NCBI RefSeq assembly: GCF_002105155.1
Contig: NW_019028981.1
Coordinates: forward strand, 1,674,001 to 1,732,855
DNA: 58,855 bases
Direction: 5' to 3'
Source of the DNA: Lobosporangium transversale
Lineage: Eukaryota
Below are positions 11,866 to 25,391 of this stretch, piece by piece; position 1 is the stretch's first letter, and each line of letters begins with the position of its first letter. The notes beneath the pieces are model-generated. The model saw only the letters and a program-made list of their open reading frames with translations, had not been told where the DNA came from and searched no databases. A program made the position numbers and the translations under genes.

Positions 11866-14800
11866 CTAGCCATCTATCTCCATCTGTTCTACTTGCTGCT
11901 GTTGCTTTCTGGATTTTTGAGACGCTTTCCAAGCTTGAATTTTCTCACGAAGCTCAATATCTATCAAATAAATTCAAAAATGGGTTTAAAAAGTTTGCAT
12001 TGCTTTCTTTTACTGCACAAAGCATCGACCAAGCATTATCAATAATTAGATGATAGACTTACTGTCAACAACATCACTGATTTTGAGTGGCATGCGGTTA
12101 AATGGATCTGTCGAGTCAGATAATAGATGGGATTTGATGGTGCTTCTGTCGATAGAGATATTGGAAGTAGGTAATAAAACAGGATCTTCCATGAGAGTAA
12201 ACAGTAGCGGATCTAAAGTTGTTTCATCAGTAAAGGAAGAGAATAATTAGATCGAGTGCATACTTCTTCAGGCCACTAATATCAGAGCTAGATTCTCATG
12301 TATACCCAAAAATTCCTCTGGAATCTCGCCCAATTCCTCTTCGTCCTCTGCTCCTTGCTGTCTCATATCTTCGACCTTTTGGACAAGCCTTGTTAACTGG
12401 GCAATTTCGTCAGGACTTTTAAGATTACGTCCTTCTAAAATACGGCTAGCCTTATGGAAGATGCTTGCTTTGTAGCTTCGGTCATCCCGAGCTAGAGCTG
12501 CGATAAACTTTGGACAGTCCAAATGTAAATAGACTGATATGATATCTGAAAGAAGAGTACGGGGTTGGAAGCGGTATTCTTCTTGGTTTTTAACCTAAAT
12601 CAAATACAAAGGCCCCACCCAGATAAAAGTAACGGATTAATGTCTCCAATAGCGCTTGAGTACATAAATACAAAAAAAAAAAAAGAAAAAAACTATTGTT
12701 GGACATGGGCCCTAACAAACCTTTAGAGTCGACATCTTCTCTCCGACCAATATTACAAGGTTGTAGTCAAGCATGGTGGCTAATCGATCGACAATCTCAG
12801 CAGTCAAGAAGGGCTGCTTAATAACCTCAGTCAAGTACGCTAGCATATTCACTGTCTCATTGCCCAAGGCGATATAGGATGATGCTTGACGCTGCGCTGT
12901 CCTAAGGACTCCCTCTTTCTCTTGCCGATATTGTGGCGTCTGTGCAGCCCATCCGGCCTTGTCATCCATCTCTGCCTCAATACCATGAATTTCCACAAGT
13001 TTGGTTAAGCCTTCATCCAAGAGATACGTGGTATCGTTTATCAACAAATTGACAAAGCGCACGAATGTTTCTGATTTCCTATAGTCCATAATAAAACAGC
13101 AATGAGCTGAGCTTGAGTGGATCGAAAATGTTTTTTAAACATTTACCCCTATTACCTAGGTATGCATGAAAACTTTCGAAATAAAAGTTGCGATTGCTTA
13201 CTGGCTTTCTGCCTTAACCATGTCACGATGGATAGGATTCTTCCACACAAACTTGAGAATCTGAGAAATATTGTATCGGATGTTGAACTTATCGTAGAAT
13301 TGGGAGCTACGGCCTGTATTCTCAACCTCAACATAAAAGTTCATAATCGCGGGAATCAGACACTGGAGAGCCATAGGATGCGTATTGAGCTTCATACCGA
13401 GAGTATCATCATTTCTTTGGCCCCGATAAGGAAGAGTCATGTAAAACAAGATCTATCAAAAGAAAAAGGGGCCATAAGTATAGGTAAATAGTGCTTAATT
13501 GATTAGTTACTTTATGGAACTTAAGAATTTTACCTCAGCGAACTTGGCTTTCAGATATGGGTTTTTGATATATCCTGGAGTAATCAAGAACACCATGGTG
13601 AATGTAATCAATTCATCCAATGTGGAGGATCCAACAGTCTCATGAGAGTGGCGGAGGACAAAGAGAAAAAATTCCACAATATCTTCAATGATGTACTCTG
13701 GTAGATTCGCAAAGTCTTCAGACGGTTTCTCAGGTAATGGTAGTTGGATAGTACTTTGGGGATAGGTGTGAGTAGGGTCAACCATCCTAAGTAACCAGGC
13801 CATAACAAGGTTGTAGAACTGGAAAGAGTGTGCCAGAATGATAGGGTCCATGATCTGAGATTCTAAAGACAGTCGGAATGTAATCATCTTCTCCAGCTGA
13901 ATTTCATAGCGTTTGATCAATAGTCCATTTTCTACAGAAAGTTGACCAGAAGTCTCTTGTTCTTTGAGGCGGTCATACTGATCTCTAATCTCGTAGAAAT
14001 CCTTCATGAAGCGCTTATAGTCGATATACATCTTTGATAAACCGATGTGGTGAAAGCCTAATGTAAGGAAAAATATATCTGAGATGAAGTTGATAGCAGA
14101 AGTTGATGTTCCAGATGCATAACTATCCGTCATTTCCTTTGATGCACATATTCTTGTTTCTTTGGTAATGTCAATTTTGGATTTTCCCTTAAAGAATTCA
14201 TGCGAAATCTTGTCGATCTTAGTATGGCCACTGTCTAGGAAGGGATCACAGAACTGCATCAAAACTTCACTGATATTATAGATGAAGCCATCGCCCGAGA
14301 CCGTTGCTCGATCAACCTGCATTTGTGCTCGACGTTCATTCTTGTTTAAAATGGAATAGAAATAATCCAACATCTTCCCTTTTGATTCCGGTCCTGATCG
14401 AATGAGACTATTCACAATTTGGAATAGTGAACTTTGGATGCCACGCACAGTCCCACGGATCGAAGTAAAGGCGCCATTTGAATCTGCCTTATTCCTCTTC
14501 AAACCTGAACCAAACAGTTCCGCAACCGATGGCTGCAATATAAATTGCAGTGGATATACAATCAAAAGGATGGTTAGGCGCAGGTCATAAAATAATCAGG
14601 CAGGACAACCAATTCAAAAGAATGCAAACCATACCTCATCAGAGCAAAATCCTGAGATCTTAAAGAAAGGGCCTAGAGCAGATACTATTTCTATCTGACG
14701 TGCTGTAGCATTAGGTGGATTCCAAATGGCAATCGATGGGAGGGTCGAAGCAATAGCTGGAATCTCAATAAGAGTTAAAAGAGCTCTAAAAGGGGTTCTC

Positions 14801-16316
14801 CAGTCTGTCAAAATTGTAGCAGCCCTGGCACGGGCTCCAATCCCTGCTACAAGCTGTTGAACAAGATCCTCCAAGCCATCACCTTGGAACCTGGCTGCAA
14901 CGTCTCTTAAAAATTCAGTTGGTATGCCACTTGCTGTATCCTGATCTGCAAAGAGCCTCTCTACCAACTGTGTAGCTCCTAAAGGCGTCGAGCTATGATG
15001 AATGTACCGGTTAATAAAATTGGATAGATGAATGGTTCGTAATGGCCTTATGTTTACATTGTTGTATTATCTTATAGACCATATCGATGTTACATTACCT
15101 CTGAACTTGAGGGAACATATCAGGCATTTGAAGTACAATCCCGGCGTAGGATACGAGCAAAGACTTGGAGGTATTCAGTGACTGAACGCGCTCCTCAATC
15201 ACATTCGCAGGAAGCTAGAATCAGAGGATCTATACTTAGCTATAACTGACTAATACACGACTCATATAGTTCGCTTATAAAATGCATATCTTATACCTTA
15301 GAGCGGGACGTCTGGATTTTGACAGTCTCCAAGCGTTTCCAGCAGTCCAGAAGGTAGTCAAATAATGGATACCGAAGCTGACCACGATCAAGAAGATGAG
15401 CATTTGACTCATCATTGGGGTCAACTGACATGCGATCCACAAGAACCCTATCTAAAGAGCCTTGACTGATAACAAGTGGCTCTAAATGATTGTTTGACGT
15501 TAAGATCTTTCATAAAACCTATTGTTCAACAAGTTCTGCTTTTTTTTTTTTTTGTTTTTTATTTAAATTATTACCATTTGCTTCCGCTAATTCCCTTGCC
15601 AGGTTGGATAGATAGAGCATAGGGGCTGGTGCATTTTCATTCTATTGGTGCCATTAATCAGTCATGAGTAATTATAAGCAGATCGATGATTTATGCATTC
15701 AGCAACACTACAATGCTGAATATGAGAAGTTATAAAGATATATTAATCCATGACTCACCAAAGAAACACATAGAATACGGGATAAAGCCTCATTTTGCCA
15801 TGCTTCAAATGTCAGTGCTGGTTGCTTTGGCGCTGAGGGGCTTGCAGGCTGTATCGAAGCAAAGAATAAGTTGACTTGATCCACCGATAAGTCAATAACA
15901 CACAATTATAGACTGGTTTATAATGTTTACCTTCGGCGAGGGAGTAGTAGGAGGGATTGATGCTCCTTTTGGCAAGTTGGGAATTGTTATTGGTGATGAT
16001 GTGCGAGCCGCTGCAGCGGTAGTATTTGATGACGATGAGCTTGCCTCAGGTTTTGAAGCCGAACCATGGATGGAACTTGATGGTGCGTTCCCCTCGGATC
16101 CAGATGATTGTTGTGAGTTGTATGACCCCTGAAGCTTCTCAAGACGCTTCATACGGATCTGAACAAATACCACAACCATGTGTTGACATTTGTAAGTAAA
16201 TGAAAAATATATTGCTATTACGGTGCAATTTCATGGCATGGATATCATGATATTTTGAACTTTACCCTCTCGCGTTCTTCCTGAGAGAGAGGAACATCAT
16301 TCGACGCATCCTGCAT
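11866..16316 (-). CDS. UFD2: U-box E4 ubiquitin ligase Ufd2/UBE4B (multi-exon)
   Basis: [10 protein letters not shown]-terminus, Ufd2 core ([48 protein letters not shown]), U-box [22 protein letters not shown]...TDPFNR. ATG 16316, TAG ends at 11866. Confidence 0.96.
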
Positions 16317-17630
16317 ACTTTCTAATTATATTTGATGGCGCAGCAAATCGTTAACTAATGCTTGTAATTATAATCAGTCCTGGATTTGTCAGGGTAGAGA
16401 TCAATGGGATGATGGGATGATGGGATGAAATGAAGAATGAAGACCCATCCAACGCTGGTCATTGCCTTTTGCTGCTTGCGCAAAGCATTGTCAGGTAGCA
16501 GTCACATTTCTCGCCTGGCTATGACCCGACGTGTAGATTCTTTGGGATGCGATAATTCCTTTGGAAGGATCTCGTTCTTAGTGGTTTCAGGAACACAATC
16601 GGTGACGCCATAAAAACCTGAAACAGCTCTTTAAACAAGGCCAAGTTTAGATAGAGACAGGTACACACTCTCCAATGAACCGACTCTGTCTTGCTTAATA
16701 CTTGAGCTGTATACGGTCCACAAAACATTTCATTTGAATAGATATACATCCTTTCATTTCTTTCACTCATCTAGGATAGCAAATGGAGCGCCACATGCGC
16801 ACATGGCGTTTCGCATTAAGTTCCACAAGACAAGATACACAGGGTATATGAACATGACCATGTTCAGACAGCCTAGGCTTGAGCTCATATCATGTCACAA
16901 GGAGGAGGCAGAAATGTTATTTGATAAAAGTAAACTTAAATTCGAGGCCATCAAACTTTACAATAATTGAATACGTCTCAATTGTTTGTTTTGTGTGTCT
17001 GTTTGACCAACTCGCTCATCATCCATCATTCATCGACCCTCTCAGCCTACCCCTTTCACATCCTTCTGTTTCCCCTCTCTCACTTACCAAGATAAACAGC
17101 TATATACAATCCTTATATTTCATACCCATCTCCGCTTTTCATTCCTCTTCTTTCACGTAATTATTAAAACCAACCCATTTGTATTTTTTCTTCCCCTGTG
17201 TCGTTGTTACTGTGCCCAAGCGACTCCTCCTTTATCTCAGGGGCCCACTTTAATATACCATCTTTCTACACAGCTCATTGACAATAATCACGCCCACTAG
17301 GTATAATAATGACGCTCTATATCGGCGCATTTATAATTCTAATCTTTCAGAAATAACTATTTAAACTATTACATAGTCCTGGTGAATATTTCTGATAACC
17401 AGGCTAACAAACTGTAATATAATAATGACAATAAAGAGGAGGGAGGTCGAACATGAGAAATAACGTGGTGTCAATAGCTGCCATACTAACAATAAAAAAA
17501 AGTATATGTTTAGTGGAGCTGTGGATTAATGTGTCTATTCAGGATGGGAGAGGGAGAATGTAATCGATGGAAGTTCTCGTCCTGACATTAATCTCATTAC
17601 TATTTCCTTTGCTAGTGTTGTATCGCATTC

Positions 17631-20600
17631 ATGTCTCAAGCCACTCGATTAGATCAGACAATGCCTCAGGGTGCACCAGACTTGCCCATTGAGGCTGCAC
17701 TGCAGCAAGTCACGGCTGACCGTAACACTCTACGGTCCCAGAACGATCAGCTCTGGAAGATCATTGAGAAGCAGCGTATTATCATTCAAAATTTGCAAAA
17801 GGATAATGCTAAACTCACTGCCGAGCGCGATCTTTTCCGGCACGTCGCTGCTGAAAATGAAAGCTATAGAAACAGCGATCTTCCGCAATCTACTGCTCAT
17901 ACTCAGATGGATAGTCATCACCAATCCTCCAATAAGAGCTCTGACAGAAAGGCTCGAGAACAGGACACGTCCTCGACTATACTAAAGCACATAAGCACCG
18001 TTGACAAAGATCTTAAAATGCCCCCGCCCTCGCTATCATCAGCTCCTCAAGCACCAACAGATACCGTGCAACCTCAATCAGAGTTGCTTTCAGAACTGAA
18101 AGAGGAGGCACAAACACCCAAGGAGGCGATACAGCCTGAATCCTCTCCACTGGCTTTTTCCAATGGTGACAGCGACCTGAATGATGAAAATAACAGGGAT
18201 AATCAAGAAGAAAACAGCCAGTCGTACAAGTCGTTGGAAGACGAAACAAGATCACAAAATAGGCTCGATTCAGACACCCAATTTGCTAATGCTATAGACC
18301 ACTCACCCCAACAAATACAGACTACGACTGCTTCGCCACCTATGGGTGTTGACCGAGACACTCAAGTAACGCTCAATACTTATGGTCAGATAGGTAAACA
18401 GATACATACCTATGTTCATTTCAAATACTTATTTGTACAATTAATGGCCTGACATCGGCAGTATCCGTGATGACTCTCAAGGTTGTCAATGACAAGTCAA
18501 AGCTTGTTATTTTTATTTGATACTGGGCTTTGGAACATTTTCTATTTTCCATACCCAATATCCTGTTAAACCGCTTTAGCTAGACCCTAGCTCACGGAGA
18601 GATGGCAATAAATGTTTCTAACTCGCCATGACTGTCGATCTCACTTAGGGCAACTACATTCACCAGCCTCAGGAAGCCCAACTAGTTTCCGAAATGTGTC
18701 GGCCAATCTGGCCTTTGGGCCTCTTTCGCCAGGCTTACCCTATCTTCCGCCTCGATCACCAAGGAGAGAGCGTAAAGATATTGATACTTCATCTTCGCCT
18801 GCTGTGTCAGATAACGAGGACGACTCGCAACCTGTGTCCGATAAGAAGAGCCCGGTGGCCATGAGGAAAAAGATTGATCAATCCTCAATGTCACCCGAAG
18901 GATCTCTTCAGTCAGATCTAGAGGACAAAGACGTGCAGGTCATGTCTGCATCCAAGGTCTCGATTAGATCAGTGAATGCTTATGAATCTACTGGATCATC
19001 CGGCATAGAGCCATATGCTGATACAGGTCCATCAACTCGTAAAAACATATCAGCGCAAATCCCACTTATCCCACTCTCTACAACACAATTACAAGGAGTA
19101 CAGGAACACGTCCCTGTTAATACTGCTGCATCCTCTGCCACTTCATCGCCTATTGCCGCCATCATCGACCAAGATGCCGAAAAGTTCAGGATGTTTATGA
19201 GCAAGCTCAGCAGCCCTAACCGCAAAAATGTTTCTGCCCCTATCCAGCTTCCCGGAGGAGAATATCAAGATCATGCCACTGCTTTAGGTCAAGCCGTAGC
19301 TATGGAGAATATTCAGAATCAACTCGAGATCCAGAGCCAATTATTGGGACAACTCCAAAGTACATCTGAATATTCTAGTATCGGCGCAATATATTGAAAT
19401 AATTTACACTCCAACAAGAACTAACTCGATGTTTTTTCATATAGGCCATAGCGGAAGAATTGCATTAAATCCAGTGCATGGAGGAAACCGTCGTAATGTT
19501 TCTGCACCAATCCATGCCCACGAAATACGCCCGGTAACTAGCGCTGATAGCACGGATTTCGCCCGTACCTCCAGCGAAGGTATTGACCAAAATGCATATG
19601 TAGGCCCTATGGATCGGAGCGGAGGCCAGCTCTCATATATATCTGAAATTCAAGAGAATGATTCTGTGCAAACATTCGATGACTATCCTAAAATCAATGC
19701 ACGATCAACATCTCATCAAAGAACTGATGACGATGCAGGTAGTGGACATGGTGTAGCATTCGCCCCTAATCGACAGGGTTCTAGAGACCAGCAAGGCGAG
19801 AATGGGCGTATAAATCGCGTGGCCTCACCTACACCCTCCAACAACTCGTCAATCACAAATACGCTGACGAATATACCGTCATCACCGAACCATTCTCGTC
19901 CAACAACGCTACACCAGCAAGCCTTCAGCATGTTTGCGGATAATCTTGAGTTTGTCTCAATTCTTGTAGTTGGCAGTAACATCAGCACGAATGACAGAGG
20001 TAGAGAACAGTTAACCTTTTTGATATCGATTGGTCAAGAAGTGCATGGCGAGCAAGAGGATAGTATGTTACCGCATAAAGAAGACGAAGAGCTCTGGAGA
20101 GTTGAGAAGCAATACTCTGATTTCGTCAATCTCGATTCAAAGGTAGACAATCATATTATGAGTTGATCACCCATTGTATCTTTATATAATTCGAGACATT
20201 CATCAAGCTTGTTTATTTCTTATCTATCAATAGCTCCGCATTACACAGTCCAGAAACATTGTCAATTCTTTGCCCAAACTACCTGATAAAAGTCTTTTCA
20301 GTACGCATGCACCATCCAAAGTGGACGCACGCAAAATAGCTCTCGAACAGTACTTGCAACAAGTGACATCGCTTCGCATTAAAGATACACGTGATCTTTG
20401 TGAATTCCTTAGTACAAATGTCGTGGAACGAGAAAAGAGGCAGGACACTAAAGGTTCCGGATTTAAAGCTGGCTATTTAACTAAACGTGGCAAGAATTTT
20501 GGGGGCTGGAAGACACGATACTTTGTTCTCCGTGGGCCCGCTCTTGAATACTTTGACACTGTAAGGTCTTATGCCTTGAATATAATATACTCTAAAGGTT

Positions 20601-22512
20601 CCCTTCGTTTCCTAACCTATTTATTTATTTATGTTTTTGTATGAGTAGAAGGATGGTCATCACCTGGGATCTATCGCACTTACAAATGCCCAAATAGGAC
20701 GCCAGCAATCGCAAGATAAATTACAGGAAGGAGCAGGAGAGGGCGCAAATGACCCTAATTCCTATAGGCACGCTTTCTTAATTCTGGAGCCCAAGAAGGG
20801 ACAAACTGTGGTCGATGCCAAAAAGAATCCAAACAGTGTCACTCGCCATGTTCTATGTGCCGAGACTGACGAGGAACGTGATGACTGGGTGGATGCACTG
20901 ATGATATATGTAGGAAAGGATCCTGCAGAGGCATCTGAGAATATTGAGCGTGAGAAAGCTGGTAGAAAAATACATGAGATTCAAAAGTTGAGTGCAACCC
21001 CGATCAGAGATCTACAGCCAGTAAAAGGGAATGAGAAGCTCTTGCTAAATCGGGAAGCGTACGAAAGACAGCAGCGTACTATCCCCGCGTCTCATTCTAC
21101 GCAACTCCACTCACAAGGCCGCAATGGATCAATATCTCAGTCTCCTACCTTACCAAATGCAAATGTTGAGGAAAGGTTTTCTTCTGAGCGATCTTCAGTA
21201 GATGCTTTCTCATCAAATCAAAAAGGCAGTAACTCTCAACAGTCTCCGCCATCAAGGAATCCATCATCACAATCGCTTCTGCAGGAAGATGTAAGTGAAC
21301 ATGTACACTTGTGATTAACCTGGAACAATAGGAGTATTTGACTGAATGCTTTTTTTTTTTTTTTTTTTTTTTTTTGGGATAGCATGTGCCTTCCAAGCCG
21401 TTATCAGAAAATCAGTCAATCCCAGAATCATCCGAGAAGAAGCAAAAGTCAAGAATGACATTTTGGGCTAAAAAGAGCACGAAGGAGGAGCCATTGCCAC
21501 AGATGCCAGTTATAACTAATCAAAATGGCCCCCAAATGCCAGGATCAACTCTGTCATCACAGGACTCTTCAAGGCTCAGAACGTTTCTGGGAATGAGTGC
21601 TGGCAATACCCCCAGCAATGGTACCAGCAATGGGGTTGGAAATATAAGCACGGTTCCAGCCCAGGCGACAGCACCCGGTCCTGGGTCACAGGCACCGCCA
21701 TTTACTTCTGAACGCCAAGTTTTTGGTGTAAGTTTGGAGCAAGCCATCGAGCAGGCTCAAATTCAACCTGGATATGAGCTCCCAGCAGTTGTGTATCGAT
21801 GTATCGAGTATTTGAATGCACATAAAGCTCAATTTGAGGAGGGCATTTACCGGTTGAACGGCTCAGCAGCTGTGATCAAGAGCCTAAAAGAGCGATTTAA
21901 TCAGGAAGGTGATGTGCCTCTTTTACAAGAAGAGGAATATTACGATATTCATGCAGTAGCTGGCCTTTTGAAATTGTTTCTACGAGAATTACCATCTTCA
22001 GTATTGACTCGGGAATTGCACAGAGACTTTCTTCAGGTCGTTGGTAAGTATTAAAGCGTTGCGCGCCAATGTTTTCGCCTTAAAAGTAGCATTTAAAGGA
22101 TATTAAATTCAACCGTATTCATCCAACTTCATTGTGTTTATTAGAACTTGCAAACAAAGCGGATCGAGTTGAGGAGCTGACACGATTAGTTGCATCCCTT
22201 CCTGAAGCCAACTATACACTTCTCCGCGCTTTGACGGCACATCTGATCGAGATCGTGGATAATGCTGATATAAACAAAATGACGGCTCGCAATGTGGGTA
22301 TTGTCTTTTCACCAACGCTTGGGATCCCTGCCGGGGTGTTTGCATTGCTAATGTCAAACTTTGATCAAATCTTTCATACAAACGATGGTCGAATCATGCC
22401 GCTCGAAAACAGCATCAATAATATGCATCAGGAATCACAAGAAATTACAAGTTCATCTTTAATATCTGATAGTGGTGATATGAATCAGGAACCAACTTCT
22501 ATAGCAACTTGA
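17631..22512 (+). CDS. BEM3: Coiled-coil-PX-PH-RhoGAP protein (Bem3-like)
   Basis: LRSQNDQLWKIIEKQR coiled coil; PX (WRVEKQYSDFVNLD, RKIALEQYLQ); PH (GYLTKRGKNFGGWKTRYFVL); RhoGAP with Arg finger EEGIYRLNGS and NKMTARNVGIVFSPTL. Confidence 0.88.
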
Positions 22513-22755
22513 AAAAAATACACCACAGCATGTGTTAAAGTGTGACTCGGTATTAAATTGTAAAGCTTTTATGTGTATAAATTCTTAAAGATCTAGCATT
22601 TAGTATTATATACTACAACACTGTTGCTTGCGTTGACTCGAGAACCGAAGCTATATTTTCCTCAGTACAGGTGTAAGGGTATAGAATGCAATATTTGCCT
22701 AGAAATTGCTGTTAGTCCTGTTAGTGGTGCTTGGGAAAATAATTTTAGCTTAGAC

Positions 22756-23289
22756 TTAATTGGCTGTGGAATAAGCAGGTGGAGGTGAGGTCATGGTGCC
22801 AGCGGATGAAGGAATAAGTGGATAATTTGCTGGCTGAAACGATTGTTGCTGTGTTGACGGATAGACATTTTGAGTCTGCTGGAAGGGTATTTGAGGAGGG
22901 AGCTGTTGCTCAAAAGCAGAAGGAGGATACGGCTGCTGTTGATACGGTGTAGATGGTTGCGATGAAAAAGGTGGATAAGGTTGCTGCTGAGGAACAGAAG
23001 GTGGTGGCTGATGTGGGAATGGTTGTTGATAAGGCTGGTATTGGTAAGACTGATTTGGATCAGAAACTGGATAGTCAGGTCCAGCAACGGGCGGTTGTTG
23101 AGGGTAGTAAAGGTTGGGATTAGCAGGAAAGGACTGCAGAGGCACAGGCGGGTCTACGGTCATGACAACAGCCTGTTGAGTCTTGATAGATTCTGCATAA
23201 CGAGCACTGCGTCTATGCCGGATGACACAGACAATGATGATCAGAATGATTATGATCACAGACCAGACCAAATGGAAGAAAACAGCCAT
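22756..23289 (-). CDS. Small single-pass membrane protein with P/Q/Y-rich tail and PPxY motif
   Basis: ATG 23289; hydrophobic LVWSVIIIILIIIVCVI followed by RHRR; QQPYPP repeats; terminal PPPAY. Confidence 0.75.
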   Translation of the reverse strand: MAVFFHLVWSVIIIILIIIVCVIRHRRSARYAESIKTQQAVVMTVDPPVPLQSFPANPNLYYPQQPPVAGPDYPVSDPNQSYQYQPYQQPFPHQPPPSVPQQQPYPPFSSQPSTPYQQQPYPPSAFEQQLPPQIPFQQTQNVYPSTQQQSFQPANYPLIPSSAGTMTSPPPAYSTAN

Positions 23290-23519
23290 CAGAACTGATT
23301 TTAAAAGAGATGGAAAAAGATGTTATTTAGCGGTTGAAGAAAGTATGATGATGGAAAGAGAAAGAGAAAGGGAAAATTACCTGTTATTAAATATTTTCAT
23401 TCACGCCGCAACATCTGTCCACTTTAACGCCAATAAGATTAGTGCAGTGCACAGCCCTGAAATTTCAAAATGTCTACGCCCTTGTGTCTCTATTGCACTC
23501 TACTTGCACAGTAAGATAT

Positions 23520-24800
23520 GATTATAGTACTAGCATTCAGGATCTATTGTAGCAGCTCTTCGCTTCTAAAGAGTCATAAGTTTGGTTGTGTATTGGGTCG
23601 TCATGTAAAAAAGGGCAGAGTTATAGTCCAGCTACCAATCTTTACATTGATCGGCTTCCTGCTCGAACTTGATATAAACTCGAATGGGTTCCAGGCCTGA
23701 CTAACATCATTTGCAACCAAAAAGAGGACTAGCGATGTCGAATGGCAACCTCAAAGATAATTGATGAAATAGTTGCTAACATGTACTGCTGTGGTAGTAA
23801 TCCAATCAACATTGGAATGCAGCGATCCTCTGATGCAAGGATTCGATCCCAAGGCAATTCTCGCAGCGCCCAAGTGGTGCTAGTTTGCGCTCATGCGGCA
23901 CTAACATCAGAATAAGCCTACATCCTAAATCATTTGTATGTAGGAAATCAATCGCTGCATCCTCATCCTATTCTAAGCGTCTACCTTGAAAGCCTTACTG
24001 CAGCCGTGGGCAAACCAAGGTGCGAACGATTTGGCTTTGATCCTTGGGTCCGTACTATACTCACGCTTTCAAATGACCTAAAATTGATTTTTCCTTTGGG
24101 ACTTGCTTATGATCAGTCAAATCATAGAAGTAGCTATTGTGGGTATTAGAGCATTACCTCGACCATCCTTACAAATTCATCTTGGGCAAATGTGCCTCCG
24201 AGATGACTTCCCATCATCACTCTCTGGTGATCTGAGCCCACAGTGCATCATTCTCCTTTGCTGACTTGTAGCTGACTCAGAAGGCTGCCTGAAAGGCATG
24301 GTATAAGATCGACGACGACGACGATACAACCATGTTTTTAACTCAGTTAATATAAGTGTCACTTTGGGCCGAGACGATTAAGTTGATGACTCTTCTCCCA
24401 ACGCAATGCCTTTTTACAAAGAGTAGCTGGCATAGTATCACAATGTATATGAATATAAAGAAGCTGCAAGTCAGCTCAATCTGGGGCCATTATACACATA
24501 TGTCTGGGAGATCTCAATGGACGGGTAGATGCAGATGTTGATGGTTATCTAGTACTGTGGACAACAAGTGGCTTTCACATCGATGATGGGGTGACTCATC
24601 TTGTGTGGGATCGTCAGTCCTACGCTTATTACTATTAGAGTGTTTTAGTTGCGGATGATACCCGAACTTAAGGATGGTATATGGAGCGGCGTATGAAGAA
24701 GAACGAGCTTTGAAACACTGGCATTGAAAAAACGGCAATAGAAAAGATGGTTACTTTTGCAATTTCCACTGGTCTCGACACATTAAAGTCAGCCATTGCG
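23520..24800 (-). pseudogene. Possible third, heavily eroded PIN-Fanzor-like relic
   Basis: Weak ordered fragments LILTELKTWLY, DAAIDFLHTNDLG, NYL*GCHSTSLVLFLVAND and AATIDPE (RuvC-I-like IDPG position). Confidence 0.3.
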
Positions 24801-24829
24801 ATGGATAGAAGACCCTAGCGAAGGAGTAA

Positions 24830-25100
24830 ACTGTGTGGGGACAAGTTGCGTCGGGGGCAAGCGCCAAGGCAGGAACATGTCAGCAAGGGACCAATGTTAA
24901 CGCACAGGCGGGCAAATTGTATCACGACCATGGAGAGGAGTAGATGACGATGGGAAAAGAGCTATCTGGACAGTCCAAGGCCTTTAGCATGGATTGGTGC
25001 CACAAGACATAGTCAATGATTGGAAAGATACTTTCAAGACAATTGCATTCGTTGCAAGATATGCAGTGTATAGATTTATCAATGCTATTAAAACGCTACA
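24830..25100 (+). mobile_element. Possible 3'-end fragment of a non-LTR retrotransposon ORF
   Basis: IWTVQGL*HGLVPQDIVNDWKDTFKTIAFVARYAVYRFINAI, preceded by a decayed zinc-knuckle-like RRGQAPRQEHV. Resembles, from memory, the C-terminus of fungal LINE ORFs. Confidence 0.4.
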
Positions 25101-25391
25101 TAGTCACAGTCTACTGGGAAAGAATAAAGCATCACCACCTGAGAGCATCAGGACTATGCAGCTGGGCAGCACAAACGAAACAGAGGTGATTTCTTTGGAT
25201 CTGCCCAAAGACGACGACGAGCAGCTGACGTGAAAGCGATCATGGTAGAAGCAGATCACGGAATAGGAGAGTGATCGAGATTGACAGTGACAGGACGACT
25301 GGAAGAATATCGCTTTTATACAGTCCAACTTTAATTATGAGATGGATGTAACAGGTGATACGTTTCACAATTCATCCATGCCTCTGTCTTA

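Noticed and set aside
23830..23860. tRNA T-loop-like GATTCGATCCC
   Set aside because: No acceptor, D or anticodon stems. No tRNA, rRNA or CRISPR array was recognised anywhere in the window.
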